Shown here: piece by piece, positions 38,285 through 48,771 of the stretch
How positions within the stretch are numbered: position 1 is the stretch's first letter
Layout of the letters: every line of letters begins with the position of its first letter
Translations under genes and position numbers: made by a program
The notes under the pieces: model-generated
What the model saw: the letters and a program-made list of their open reading frames with translations, nothing else
Told to the model about the DNA's origin: nothing
Databases searched by the model: none
Assembly: GCA_027307405.1 (NCBI GenBank)
Contig: DAHUXA010000002.1
Location: 1-52,390 of the forward strand
Direction: 5' to 3'
Source: Hyphomicrobiales bacterium
Lineage (GTDB): Bacteria > Pseudomonadota > Alphaproteobacteria > Rhizobiales > Xanthobacteraceae
DNA length: 52,390 nucleotides

Positions 38285-39976
38285 TCAATTGACTGTCTGC
38301 TGGACGGCTTCGTCGCGCAGGGCACGGCGCAGGATCTTGCCGACACTGGTCTTCGGCAACTCGCTGCGGAACTCGATGTATTTTGGCACCTTGTAGCTTG
38401 CGAGCCGGGTGGCCAGGAAGGTCCGCAATTCGGCCTGGGTGAGGTCCGAGCTTTTCTTGACGACGAACATCTTGCCCACCTCTCCCGAATGTTCGTCGGG
38501 GACGCCGACCAACGCGCATTCCATCAGGCCGCCCTGACTCATAGCCACGTCTTCGACCTCGTTCGGAAATACCTTGAAGCCGGAAACGGTGATCATGTCC
38601 TTCTTGCGATCGACGATACGAATCCGGCCTTGGATATCCATCACACCGATGTCGCCCGTCCGGAAGAAACCGTCATCGGTCATCGCTTTCGCTGTCTCAT
38701 CCGGGCGCTGCCAATAACCCGCCATCACCTGCGGGCCGCGCGCGCAAATTTCGCCCTGTTCGCCGTTCCCCAGCTCGTGGCCATCATCGTCGCGAATCGA
38801 GATCTCGGTCGAAGGCAGTGGCAATCCGATGGTGCCGGTCCACTCCGCTATGTCGCCGCGATTACAGGTGAGCACCGGCGAGGTTTCCGATAGGCCGTAG
38901 CCTTCAATGATCGGCTTGCCGGTGGCTTTGACCCAGGCATCGGCAACGGATTTCTGCACCGCCATGCCGCCGCCGATCGCAACCTTGAGCATGCTCCAGT
39001 CGATCTTGCCGAAATCGGGATGGTGCAGCAGCGCGTTGTAAAGCGTGTTCACCGCCGGGAAGAAGTTCACCTTGTAATGACGGATGTCCTTGATGACGCC
39101 GGCAATATCGCGCGGATTTGTGATGAGAAGGCACATTGCGCCCGCGCGTACGCCGAACAGGAAGCACGCCGTCAGTGCGAAGATGTGATAGAGCGGCAGC
39201 GCGGTGACGATAATCAGGTGGTCGGTTCTGGGCGGCATATCGACCATCGGCTGATTCCACGCCTCCACCTGCAGCATGTTGGCGACGAGATTACGGTGCG
39301 TCAGCATGGCGCCCTTGGCGATACCTGTGGTGCCGCCCGTGTATTGCAGGAAGGCGATATCATTGGCGTCGATCGCGGCCGGCGTGAAACCGGACTTGCG
39401 GCCACTCGCAAGGGCGTCATTGAACATGGTGGCTTCAGGGATTGCGTAAGCCGGCACCATTTTCTTGACGTAACGAACCACGATGTTGACCAGCATGCCT
39501 TTCACGCTGCCGAGCATGTCGCCCAAACTTGCGACCACGACATGTTTGACTGGCGTCCTCGGAAGCGCCTGCTGGAGCACCGCGGCGAAATTTTCCAGGA
39601 CAATGATCGCTTCGACGCCGGCGTCGGTGAGCTGGAATTCAAGCTCGCGCGGCTTGTAAAGCGGATTGACGTTCACCACCGTGCAGCCGGCGCGCAAAAT
39701 GCCGGCGATCGCGACGGGATATTGCAGAACATTCGGCATCATGATGGCGACGCGAGCGCCGCGCTTCAGTCCGCGGCTTTGCAACCATGCGGCAAACGCG
39801 CGCGAGGTCTCGTCGAGCTCAGCATAGGTCAAGGCCTTGCCCATGCAGACACAGGCGTCACGGTCTGCGTAGGCCTTGAAGCCTTCCTCCAGCATCGCCA
39901 CCAGCGAGGGATAGCGCGACGGGTCAATCGTGGCGGGAACGCCCGGCGGGTAGTGCCGCAGCCAAAGCCGTTCCAT
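38285..39976 (-). CDS. fadD: Long-chain fatty acid--CoA ligase
   Basis: QYTGGTTGIAKG, EGYGLSETSP, RTGDIG, DRKKDMI, LPKTSVGKILRR. Confidence 0.9.
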   Translation of the reverse strand: MERLWLRHYPPGVPATIDPSRYPSLVAMLEEGFKAYADRDACVCMGKALTYAELDETSRAFAAWLQSRGLKRGARVAIMMPNVLQYPVAIAGILRAGCTVVNVNPLYKPRELEFQLTDAGVEAIIVLENFAAVLQQALPRTPVKHVVVASLGDMLGSVKGMLVNIVVRYVKKMVPAYAIPEATMFNDALASGRKSGFTPAAIDANDIAFLQYTGGTTGIAKGAMLTHRNLVANMLQVEAWNQPMVDMPPRTDHLIIVTALPLYHIFALTACFLFGVRAGAMCLLITNPRDIAGVIKDIRHYKVNFFPAVNTLYNALLHHPDFGKIDWSMLKVAIGGGMAVQKSVADAWVKATGKPIIEGYGLSETSPVLTCNRGDIAEWTGTIGLPLPSTEISIRDDDGHELGNGEQGEICARGPQVMAGYWQRPDETAKAMTDDGFFRTGDIGVMDIQGRIRIVDRKKDMITVSGFKVFPNEVEDVAMSQGGLMECALVGVPDEHSGEVGKMFVVKKSSDLTQAELRTFLATRLASYKVPKYIEFRSELPKTSVGKILRRALRDEAVQQTVN

Positions 39977-40080
39977 GCGTTTCCCCCGGCGCCGGCCTTT
40001 TGATTGGCAAGCCGGCGATCGATTCTCCGTCAGTGCGAGTCTAACCAGCCTGGCATCCGGTGACGAGAGGCTCCGGCATG

Positions 40081-41196
40081 CTACCGGCCGCCGAACGGTA
40101 TCAGCGGATTTTCAGTCAGCGCCGTGCGGTCCGGGCGGTCGGGGGCGGCGATGCCGAGAAAGGCCTCGAACAAGTCCCGTACCGTGCGTTCCGGCAGGTC
40201 GCGGGTGATGAAGACCAGCCGGGTTCGGTGGTCGTCATCGGGCCAGCTGTCGAGCCGCGCGGTCGGGTGGAAGACGTGTTGAACGCCATGCACAACGACC
40301 GGCGTATCAGGCATTTCGGCCAGCTTTACGATGCCCTTGACGCGCAGGAGCTTGGCGCCATGCGTCGCGCGCAACAGCTCAAGGAACATTTCCAGCGTGC
40401 CGGCGGGGATCGCTTCGTCGCTGGTCAGGACAAAAGACCCGATATGCTCGTCGTGCCGATTGACGTCGTGCTGGTGATGATGGTGGTCGCCGGCATAGGC
40501 CTCGGCTGCGAGCCATTTCTTGACATCAGGAATCTTCTTGTCGGGATCGTAAAGTCCGCTGCCAAGAAGCCGGTCGGGCGTTGCCTCGCCTTTCGCCGCG
40601 TTGAGGATGGGTGCCGCCGGGTTCAGCGCTCGCAATCGCGCGACCATGCGCTCGCATTGCGACAAATCTGCAAGGTCGGTCTTGGTCAGGACGATGCGGT
40701 CGGCGACCGCCGCCTGCTTGACCGCTTCGGCATGGGCGTCAAGCGTCGCTTCGCCGTTGACCGCATCGATCACCGTCACGACACCGTCGAGCCGGTAGCG
40801 CAGCAAGAGATAGGGATGCGACATGGCGGTGTGCAAAACCGGAGCCGGATCGGCGAGCCCGGTCGTCTCCAGGAGGACACGCCGGAATTTGCAACGGCGG
40901 TTATCGAGATCGCGCAGCAGCGTTTCCAGCGCATCGACGAGGTCGCCGCGCATCGTGCAGCACAGGCACCCCGATTGCAGCAGCACCATGTTGTCGCCGG
41001 CATATTCGACCAGCAGGTGGTCGAGCGATACCTCGCCAAATTCGTTGATGATGACGGCGGTCTCCGCGAGCGCGGGATCCTTCAGCATCCGATTGAGCAA
41101 CGTAGTCTTGCCGGCGCCGAGGAACCCGGTGAGCACGGTCAGCGGTATCGGCGTCGGCGGTTGGCGCCGGTCGGCGCTCAGCCCGGGCTCGCTCAT
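40081..41196 (-). CDS. COG0523/CobW-family G3E metallochaperone GTPase
   Basis: TGFLGAGKTT, NEFGE, GCLCC, ETTGLADP, TKTD, His-rich HHHHQHDVNRHD, LLRVKG, RLVFI. Confidence 0.9.
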   Translation of the reverse strand: MSEPGLSADRRQPPTPIPLTVLTGFLGAGKTTLLNRMLKDPALAETAVIINEFGEVSLDHLLVEYAGDNMVLLQSGCLCCTMRGDLVDALETLLRDLDNRRCKFRRVLLETTGLADPAPVLHTAMSHPYLLLRYRLDGVVTVIDAVNGEATLDAHAEAVKQAAVADRIVLTKTDLADLSQCERMVARLRALNPAAPILNAAKGEATPDRLLGSGLYDPDKKIPDVKKWLAAEAYAGDHHHHQHDVNRHDEHIGSFVLTSDEAIPAGTLEMFLELLRATHGAKLLRVKGIVKLAEMPDTPVVVHGVQHVFHPTARLDSWPDDDHRTRLVFITRDLPERTVRDLFEAFLGIAAPDRPDRTALTENPLIPFGGR

Positions 41197-42470
41197 TGAT
41201 TGGCCGAAGTGACTTTCGGTTTGGCCTGCTTTGCGGGCTTGGCGGTCTTCGCTGCCTTGGCTGCCTTGCCCGAGACGTCGGTCTTGGCCGCCTTCTCAGG
41301 ACCTTCGGTCTTGGCGACGGCTTTCTTTTTCTTCTTCGGCGCGGCGCTTGCGGTCTGCACGACCGTATCCGGATGGTCGGCCGGCCCCGTGAACACCACG
41401 ACCGGCGGGGTCGTTTCCACCGGCGGTCCAAGCACGAATTTGCCATTCGCGGGCTTCAGGCTCGACAGCATGAAGGCCTGCTGACCACCCTCGGATTCAT
41501 TGCCGGCGCTGGTCGCTTCTTCCGGCTCTTCCTCGTTCTCTTCGGAGGGCGGCTTGCGGCGATGGCCGCCGCACATTTCTTCTCGCAGATTGGGCGGCTG
41601 CGCATCGACCGGGGCCAGCGCGTCGACGGTGCCGAGCGAGGGCGTCAGCCAGGCCAGGCCGCCGCTATTGAATCCGCGCTCAAGCAGCTGGGCCGCCTTT
41701 TGTGCGCGCACTGCACCAGACCAGGATCCGAGGACGACCGCAATCAACCGGCGGCCGTTGCGCGTGGCAGATGCAACAACGTTGTAACCGGAGGCACAGA
41801 TGAAACCGGTCTTCATGCCGTCGGCGCCGGGATAGCGATCGATCAGCGCGTTGTAATTTCGCATCACACGGTTGCCGTAACGAATCGACGAGATGTGCCA
41901 ATAGCTGTCGTATTCCGGAAACTCGCGGATGAGCGCGCGCGCCAATATTGCGAGGTCGCGTGCCGAGGTAACGTGATTTTCCGCCGGCAGCCCGTTCGGG
42001 TTGACGAAGTTGCTTTGCGTCATGCCGAGCCGCCGGGCATTGGCATTCATCAGGTCGGCGAAGCCGCCGATTGAACCGCCGACGCCTTCTGCGATGGCAA
42101 CCGCCATGTCATTCGCCGACTTCACCATCAGCATCTTCAGCGCGTTATCGATCGTCACAGTCGTGCCGACGTTGAAGCCCATTTTGGTCGGCTGCTGGGC
42201 CGCTGCATTGCGCGACACTGTGAGGAGAGTGTTGAGCGAGATGCGGCCTTCTTTGATGGCGCGCAGCGTCGTGTACGCCGTCATTATTTTGGTGACCGAG
42301 GCGGGGTACCACGGATATGTGGCATTCTCCGCGTGCAGGACCTTGCCGGTCGAGGCCTCGATGAGGAGTTGTGCTTCGGCTTGCGCGCGGTCGGCGCCGG
42401 CGAGCGACAGCAAGACGGCGGCCAGGCCGAGGATCATGACGCGAGAGCGGCGGAGTGGAAAAACCATCAT
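41193..42470 (-). CDS. D-alanyl-D-alanine carboxypeptidase (peptidase S11)
   Basis: PASVTK (SxxK), SAN (SxN), KTG motifs; Lys/Ala-rich C-terminal tail. Start uncertain. Confidence 0.9.
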   Translation of the reverse strand: MMVFPLRRSRVMILGLAAVLLSLAGADRAQAEAQLLIEASTGKVLHAENATYPWYPASVTKIMTAYTTLRAIKEGRISLNTLLTVSRNAAAQQPTKMGFNVGTTVTIDNALKMLMVKSANDMAVAIAEGVGGSIGGFADLMNANARRLGMTQSNFVNPNGLPAENHVTSARDLAILARALIREFPEYDSYWHISSIRYGNRVMRNYNALIDRYPGADGMKTGFICASGYNVVASATRNGRRLIAVVLGSWSGAVRAQKAAQLLERGFNSGGLAWLTPSLGTVDALAPVDAQPPNLREEMCGGHRRKPPSEENEEEPEEATSAGNESEGGQQAFMLSSLKPANGKFVLGPPVETTPPVVVFTGPADHPDTVVQTASAAPKKKKKAVAKTEGPEKAAKTDVSGKAAKAAKTAKPAKQAKPKVTSANQ

Positions 42471-42642
42471 CGTTCGCGGTTCAGGGTCCAAGGCCTCAGA
42501 AACGGGAAGTTCCATAGGTGGCTGCGCTAGGCTATCTAAGCTTTGGATGGTAGGCAAAGCCAGTGAACGGCAGCTTCGTATTTATGGTGACTCGTAGCTC
42601 ATTGCCGAGGAAAGCGACCAAAGTTCGGCAAAGGAGGCAGCA

Positions 42643-43809
42643 ATGACGGCCTGTATTGTCGGGTGGGCCCACACCCCCTTCGGTAAACTGAGCGGTGAGA
42701 CCGTCGAAAGCCTGATCGTGCGGGTGGCCGGCGATGCGCTGGCTGACGCCGGCATCAGTCCCAAGGACGTCGACGAGATCGTGCTTGGCCACTTCAACGC
42801 GGGTTTTTCCGCGCAGGATTTTACCGCCTCGCTGGTCCTCCAGGCCTCACCCGATCTGCGGTTCAAACGTGCAACGCGAGTGGAGAATGCCTGTGCCACC
42901 GGCTCGGCTGCCGTGCACCAGGGCATCAAGACGATCGATGCCCGCGCCGCGCGCATCGTCCTCGTCGTCGGCGCCGAGCAGATGACAGCAACGCCCGCGC
43001 CGGAAATCGGACGCAACCTGCTCAAAGCTTCGTATGTGCGCGAGGAAGCCGATATCGACGGAGGCTTCGCAGGAATTTTCGGGAAGATAGCCGGGCTCTA
43101 TTTCCAAAAATGGGGCGATCAGTCGGATGCGCTGGCCATGATCGCCGCCAAGAACCACAAGAATGGCGTCGGCAATCCTTATGCTCAGATGCGCAAGGAT
43201 CTGGGCTACGATTTCTGCCGCACCGAGAGCGAGAAGAATCCGTTTGTGGCCGGTCCGCTCAAGCGCACGGACTGCTCGTTGGTGTCGGATGGTGCCGCTG
43301 CCGTCGTGCTCGCCGACGTCGAAACCGCGCTCAAGCTGAAAAAGGCGATCGCCTTTCGCGCTGCTGCGCACGTGCAGGATTTTCTGCCGATGTCAAAGCG
43401 AGACATCCTCAAATTCGAAGGTTGCGCGCAGGCCTGGCAACAGGCGCTCGGCAAGGCGGGACTTAAACTCGCTGACTTGTCATTTGTGGAGACGCACGAC
43501 TGCTTCACGATCGCGGAATTGATCGAATATGAAGCCATGGGTCTGACCGCCGAGGGGCAGGGCGCCCGTGCCATCATCGAAGGCTGGACTCAGAAAGACG
43601 GAAGACTGCCGGTGAATCCTTCGGGTGGATTGAAGGCAAAGGGCCATCCGATCGGCGCAACCGGCGTGTCCATGCACGCGCTTTGCGCGATGCAGCTCAC
43701 GGGCACCGCTGGGGACCTCCAGGTGAAGAACGCCCGCCTCGGCGGTATCTTCAATATGGGCGGAACGGCGGTGGCGAACTACGTGAGCATTCTCGAGCGC
43801 ATCAAGTAG
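42643..43809 (+). CDS. Acetyl-CoA acetyltransferase, SCP2-type thiolase
   Basis: GGAGG RBS; ENACATGSAA, SDGAAA, ETHDCF, GHPIGATG, NMGG. Confidence 0.9.
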   Translation: MTACIVGWAHTPFGKLSGETVESLIVRVAGDALADAGISPKDVDEIVLGHFNAGFSAQDFTASLVLQASPDLRFKRATRVENACATGSAAVHQGIKTIDARAARIVLVVGAEQMTATPAPEIGRNLLKASYVREEADIDGGFAGIFGKIAGLYFQKWGDQSDALAMIAAKNHKNGVGNPYAQMRKDLGYDFCRTESEKNPFVAGPLKRTDCSLVSDGAAAVVLADVETALKLKKAIAFRAAAHVQDFLPMSKRDILKFEGCAQAWQQALGKAGLKLADLSFVETHDCFTIAELIEYEAMGLTAEGQGARAIIEGWTQKDGRLPVNPSGGLKAKGHPIGATGVSMHALCAMQLTGTAGDLQVKNARLGGIFNMGGTAVANYVSILERIK

Positions 43810-43817
43810 CGCCGCAG

Positions 43818-44849
43818 TCACCTGTACTTGCGTTCGGCAGGAGACGGCAGGAACGACGCGTCGAAAACGTCTTCCAGTTTTGGCTTTGCGGCCTTGAACT
43901 TGTGGGTAAGCGCAATCTGGTCGACAGCGCGCGCGAAACGGTCCTGGTCAATGCCGCCATAGCCATTCGCTTTGACTTCCGGCGTGATGATGTTTTCGCG
44001 GATCGCCATGTTGAGTCGCTCCAGCTCAAGACTTTTCTTTGCCAGGCTATTGCGCTTGAGCACCGACTCGACGGCGGTTGACGGTTGCCTCACCGTCTCC
44101 TTCAGGCCTTTCAGGAAAGCTCGCAGAAAGCCTTTCACGGTGTCGGGATTCTCAGTTGCGAATTTTGAGTTCACGATAATGGCCGTCCCGTACAGGAGGA
44201 CCCCGTAGTCGGCCATCAGCAGCACGTTGATGTCGTCGACAGGAACGCCTTTCTCTTTGAGATCGACATAGGTGGAGAACGAAATGCCGGTTACGGCGTC
44301 AACCTGGCCCGCCGCCAGCATCGGCTCGCGTACCGGGAAGCTGACGTTCTCGATTGTCACCTTGGACGCAACGATATCGTTTGACTTCACAAAGATTGGC
44401 CATTGTGCGAAGGCGCCGTCAGCTGCGGGCGCGCCCAGCGTTTTGCCTTCCAGATCCTTGGGCACATAAATACCGCGGCTCTTGCGGCCGATGACCGCGA
44501 AGGGCGGCCGGTTGTAGAACATGAACACGGTCTTGATCGGTGTGCCCGGCTTGGCGTCGCGGAACTTGATCAGGGCATTGATGTCAGCGAGTCCCATATC
44601 GTAGTTACCCGACGCGACGCGCTCGATCGATTCGAGTGAACCGGCTGACGAGTCGATGCTGACGTCAAGACCTTCCGCCTTGTAGTAGCTCCGGTCGATC
44701 GCCACGAGGAACGGCGCCGACGGTCCTTCGATTCTGAAGTCGAGCGTGAATTTCAGTGGGGTTTCTGCCGCCGCAGCGCCGGTCATCAGCGTTGCGGCGA
44801 ATAGCAGCGCCACCCGGGCCCATTGGCCGATGTGGTGAGCGCTCATCAC
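43818..44849 (-). CDS. NMT1/THI5 (SsuA-like) ABC substrate-binding protein
   Basis: Signal peptide; KFTLDF..EG..APF, YYKAEGLDV, PKDLEGKTLG. Confidence 0.85.
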   Translation of the reverse strand: MMSAHHIGQWARVALLFAATLMTGAAAAETPLKFTLDFRIEGPSAPFLVAIDRSYYKAEGLDVSIDSSAGSLESIERVASGNYDMGLADINALIKFRDAKPGTPIKTVFMFYNRPPFAVIGRKSRGIYVPKDLEGKTLGAPAADGAFAQWPIFVKSNDIVASKVTIENVSFPVREPMLAAGQVDAVTGISFSTYVDLKEKGVPVDDINVLLMADYGVLLYGTAIIVNSKFATENPDTVKGFLRAFLKGLKETVRQPSTAVESVLKRNSLAKKSLELERLNMAIRENIITPEVKANGYGGIDQDRFARAVDQIALTHKFKAAKPKLEDVFDASFLPSPAERKYR

Positions 44850-45068
44850 TCGCTTCCTTCCCCTAATGGTCTGCGCACGCAGCGCTTGTCATGGCCGTGA
44901 GCAAAGGACACGACGCCGCAAAGGGCAAGCTGTCGACGCGCAATCATCGGACAATTTACCGCGATATGACTAACGCCGACGATCATTAGGTCTCGCGAAG
45001 TTGCTAATCGCGAACGCGGGAAAGACGTATTTGGGATAGACTTGCTGACCGGTTCGGAGGTTCAGTCG

Positions 45069-48000
45069 ATGGCGCCGGTAACGGCCGACAAGCTTGCGCG
45101 CGACATTCCGCCGCTGCGGACGCCTTACGCTCCGCCAGACGAGACTCTTGCGAGGGCTTTGCTGGCAACGGCCACTCGTTCGGACGATGCCGAGGCGCGC
45201 ATAGACGCCCATGCCGGGCGCCTGGTCGAGGCAATCCGCGCCCACATCGGCGGTTTAGGCGGGATTGAGGATTTCCTGCACGCTTATGCCTTGTCCACCA
45301 AGGAAGGTCTGGCGCTGATGGTGCTGGCGGAGGCGCTCCTGCGGGTGCCCGACGCGGAGACCGCCGATCGGTTGATTGAGGACAAGCTCAAGGCTGGTGA
45401 CTGGACGCATCACGAGGCACGCTCGGCGTCCCTTCTGGTGTCGGCGTCAGCCTGGACACTCGGCCTCACCGCGCGCGTTATCCATCCCGGCGAGACGCCG
45501 GAAGGGATTGTTGAATCGCTGGTCAAACGGCTTGGATTGCCGGCAGTGCGCGCGGCGACGCGCCAGGCCATGCGTTTGCTTGGTTCGCATTTTGTGCTCG
45601 GGCAGACGATCGAGGAGGCGTTATCGCGCGCCGGCTCGCACCGCGAGTTCCTTTATTCGTATGACATGCTGGGTGAGGCTGCCCGTACCGGCGCCGCCGC
45701 CGCGCGCTACTTTGAGTCTTACGCTCATGCCATCGATGCGATTGGCAAAAGTGCCGGCAGTGAGGCATTGCCGAAGCGGCCGGGAATCTCCGTAAAATTG
45801 TCGGCGCTGCATCCACGTTATGAGCCGCTGTCGCGCCACCGCGTGCTCGATGAACTGGCGCCGAAGCTGCTCGAGCTGGCTCAGTTGGCAAAGCGGCACG
45901 GGCTCAATTTCACCGTCGATGCCGAAGAAGCTGACCGGCTTGAATTATCACTCGATGTAATCGCCGCGGTGCTGCGCGATTCCTCGCTCGCGGGCTGGGA
46001 CGGCTTCGGTCTCGCGATACAGTCCTATCAGAAACGCGCCGGCGCGGTGATCGACTGGATTGCAGAAGCGGCGGAGACGCTCGACCGCCGGCTGATGGTT
46101 CGCCTCGTCAAAGGCGCCTATTGGGATACCGAGATCAAGCGCGCGCAGGAGCGGGGGCTTGCCGACTACCCGGTGTTCACGCGCAAGGCGATGACCGATC
46201 TCTGCTATCTCGATTGCGTAAGGAAATTACTGGCGGCGCGGCCGCGCCTCTATCCGCAATTCGCAACCCACAACGCATTGACTGTGGCTTGCGTGATCGA
46301 AGATGCGGGCGGGACCAGCGGTTACGAATTCCAACGACTGCACGGCATGGGTGAGACGCTGTATGAGGCATTGCTTGAAGATCTGCCGGATTTGACGTGC
46401 CGGGTTTACGCGCCGGTCGGAGGTTATTCCGATTTGCTTGCCTACCTGGTGCGCCGGCTCCTCGAGAACGGCGCCAACTCGTCTTTTGTATCGTTGGCAG
46501 CCGACCCAAAAGTGCCGATTGAAACGATTCTGCGGCGTCCGCAGAGCTGGATCGCCAACGAGTCTCGTGCGCGCCATTCGCATATTCCGCTGCCTCGCGA
46601 TCTGTTTGCCCCTGTTCGGCGCAATTCGGCCGGCGTTGAATTCGGTGACCACGCTTCGCTCGAAACGTTAATGTCCGAAATCCGCGCGGCTCCGCAAAGC
46701 TCGTCAGCAAAAGCACTGATCGACGGCGTGGCAATCGCCGGGCGGGAGCGGCCGGTCAAGTCGCCAATCGACGGCAAGCCCATCGGCACCGTGCAGGACG
46801 GCGATGAAACCATCGTTGCTTCGGCAATCGCCGCGGCTTGCGCTGCCTTTCGCGCATGGAATGCAACGCCGGTTGCGGATCGAGCGTCGGTTCTCGAGCG
46901 AGCCGGCGATCTCATCGAGCAAGATCGCGGCCGGCTGATCGCTCTGTTGCAGACAGAGGGCGGCAAGACGATCGACGATTGCGTTTCGGAAGTGCGCGAG
47001 GCGGCGGACTATTGTCGCTACTATGCCGCAGAGGCACGACGTACGCTTGCGCCCAGGCAATTGCCGGGCCCGACCGGTGAGAGCAACGAGCTACGCGCGC
47101 GCGGCCGCGGTGTGTTTGTATGCATCAGCCCGTGGAATTTTCCTTTGGCTATTTTCACCGGCCAGATTGCCGGTGCGCTTGCCGCCGGCAATTGCGTTGT
47201 GGCGAAGCCTGCCGAACAGACACCGCTCATCGCCTTCGAGGCGGTCAAGCTTCTGCACTCTGCTGGCGTGCCGGTGGGGGCGCTGCATCTGGTGCCGGGC
47301 GACGGAAAGGTGGGGGCCATGCTCACGGCGGATCGCCGTGTCGCCGGCGTTGTCTTTACCGGCTCGACAGAGGTTGCGCGCACGATCAGCCGCGCACTCG
47401 CTGCAAAAGACGGGCCGATCCTGCCGCTGATCGCCGAAACGGGCGGCATCAACGCCATGATCGTCGATGCCACCGCTCTGCCCGAACAGATCACCGATGA
47501 CGTGATTGCATCGGCGTTTCGATCCGCCGGCCAGCGCTGCTCTGCATTGCGTCTATTGTGCGTGCAGGACGATGTGGCGGACCGTGTATTCGACATGGTC
47601 GCGGGTGCTGCGCGCGAGCTCAAGCTTGGGGATCCGCGCGATCCGGCCACCCATGTCGGGCCGGTGATCGATGCCGAGGCCAAGGACAAGCTCGACCGCT
47701 GGATTGCCGGCATGGATTCGCGTGGCGCAGTGGTGTTCCGTCTCGACGCCGATCAACCGAAGGGCGGCACCTATGTTGCCCCGGCCATCGTCGAGCTCGA
47801 CAGCGCGCGCGAGCTCAAGGAAGAAGTGTTCGGACCGGTGCTGCATGTGATGCGCTGGCGTGCGGACGAGCTCGATCAGCTTCTCGATGACATCGCGGCG
47901 AACGGCACGGCGCTCACGCTCGGGATCCATTCACGCATCGCGTCGACGGCCGCGCGCATCGCGGAGCGCCTGCCGCACGGGAATGTCTATGTGAACCGCA

Positions 48001-48173
48001 ATATGATCGGCGCCGTAGTCGGCTCGCAGCCGTTCGGCGGCAGCGGATTGTCTGGCACTGGACCAAAGGCGGGCGGCCCCGACTATCTGCACCGTTTGAT
48101 GGTCGAGCAGGTGGTGACCGTGAATACTGCGGCGTCCGGCGGCAACGCCACGCTGCTGACTGAAGACGAGTAG
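45069..48173 (+). CDS. putA: Bifunctional proline dehydrogenase / P5C dehydrogenase
   Basis: SYDMLGE, SVKLSALHPRYE, VRLVKGAYWD, YLVRRLLENGANSSF; ISPWNFP, FTGST, ETGG, SAGQRCSA, EEVFGP. No N-terminal DNA-binding domain evident. Confidence 0.95.
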   Translation: MAPVTADKLARDIPPLRTPYAPPDETLARALLATATRSDDAEARIDAHAGRLVEAIRAHIGGLGGIEDFLHAYALSTKEGLALMVLAEALLRVPDAETADRLIEDKLKAGDWTHHEARSASLLVSASAWTLGLTARVIHPGETPEGIVESLVKRLGLPAVRAATRQAMRLLGSHFVLGQTIEEALSRAGSHREFLYSYDMLGEAARTGAAAARYFESYAHAIDAIGKSAGSEALPKRPGISVKLSALHPRYEPLSRHRVLDELAPKLLELAQLAKRHGLNFTVDAEEADRLELSLDVIAAVLRDSSLAGWDGFGLAIQSYQKRAGAVIDWIAEAAETLDRRLMVRLVKGAYWDTEIKRAQERGLADYPVFTRKAMTDLCYLDCVRKLLAARPRLYPQFATHNALTVACVIEDAGGTSGYEFQRLHGMGETLYEALLEDLPDLTCRVYAPVGGYSDLLAYLVRRLLENGANSSFVSLAADPKVPIETILRRPQSWIANESRARHSHIPLPRDLFAPVRRNSAGVEFGDHASLETLMSEIRAAPQSSSAKALIDGVAIAGRERPVKSPIDGKPIGTVQDGDETIVASAIAAACAAFRAWNATPVADRASVLERAGDLIEQDRGRLIALLQTEGGKTIDDCVSEVREAADYCRYYAAEARRTLAPRQLPGPTGESNELRARGRGVFVCISPWNFPLAIFTGQIAGALAAGNCVVAKPAEQTPLIAFEAVKLLHSAGVPVGALHLVPGDGKVGAMLTADRRVAGVVFTGSTEVARTISRALAAKDGPILPLIAETGGINAMIVDATALPEQITDDVIASAFRSAGQRCSALRLLCVQDDVADRVFDMVAGAARELKLGDPRDPATHVGPVIDAEAKDKLDRWIAGMDSRGAVVFRLDADQPKGGTYVAPAIVELDSARELKEEVFGPVLHVMRWRADELDQLLDDIAANGTALTLGIHSRIASTAARIAERLPHGNVYVNRNMIGAVVGSQPFGGSGLSGTGPKAGGPDYLHRLMVEQVVTVNTAASGGNATLLTEDE

Positions 48174-48260
48174 CGGCGACTCCAGATGCGGATCCCACTC
48201 GAGGACATAGCAGAGCGGCTTTCCGGACAAAAACGCCGCTTTTTAGACCCATTTCGCCTG

Positions 48261-48276
48261 TTAATCGACCAATAAC
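48261..48276 (+). promoter_or_regulatory. Candidate CtrA site (one mismatch)
   Basis: TTAA-TCGACCA-ATAAC, plus a GTTAAC half-site near 48322, upstream of hisE. Confidence 0.4.
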
Positions 48277-48360
48277 CGTCGCGGCACCGAGGTGCCGGGT
48301 CGCTCCTCGGTTGTCGCAGGCGTTAACCGGTTTTGCCCGGGGATCGGATATTGTGGGTCT

Positions 48361-48741
48361 ATGGCTGATTCGGTTGCTCGACTCTATGAGGCGGTGATCG
48401 CAGTTCGCGGCAGCGATCCGGAAAAATCGCGCACCGCTCGGCTATTGCGCGCCGGTCGCGCGAAGATGGCCAAGAAGCTTGCCGAAGAGGCGGTCGAAGT
48501 CGTCATCGACGCGATGCACGGCCAACCTGAAGCGGTCGTCAGGGAAAGCGCGGATCTGCTTTATAACCTCGTCGTGCTCTGGGTTCACGCCGGCGTGCAT
48601 CCTGAAGAAGTCTGGGCGGAAATGCGCCGCCGCGAACTGATGTTCGGCATCGCCGAAAAAGTGCCAAAGGATTTGGTCCGCGGCGCGGCACGACGTAAAG
48701 TAGTGGCCCTGGAGACCAGGCGCATTCGCAAGCGCCGCTGA
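48361..48741 (+). CDS. hisE: Phosphoribosyl-ATP diphosphatase family protein
   Basis: SRTARLL..G..KMAKKLAEEAVEV, ESADLLYNL.VLW...GV.P.EVWAEM.RR. Confidence 0.85.
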   Translation: MADSVARLYEAVIAVRGSDPEKSRTARLLRAGRAKMAKKLAEEAVEVVIDAMHGQPEAVVRESADLLYNLVVLWVHAGVHPEEVWAEMRRRELMFGIAEKVPKDLVRGAARRKVVALETRRIRKRR

Positions 48742-48771
48742 TCCGTCACAATTCTCCTCACGAGTATTGCG

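Noticed and set aside
44850-45068. TPP riboswitch upstream of the NMT1/THI5-like gene
   Set aside because: No CTGAGA or ACCTGA core found by eye, so there is no support for a thiamine link to the ThDP enzyme.
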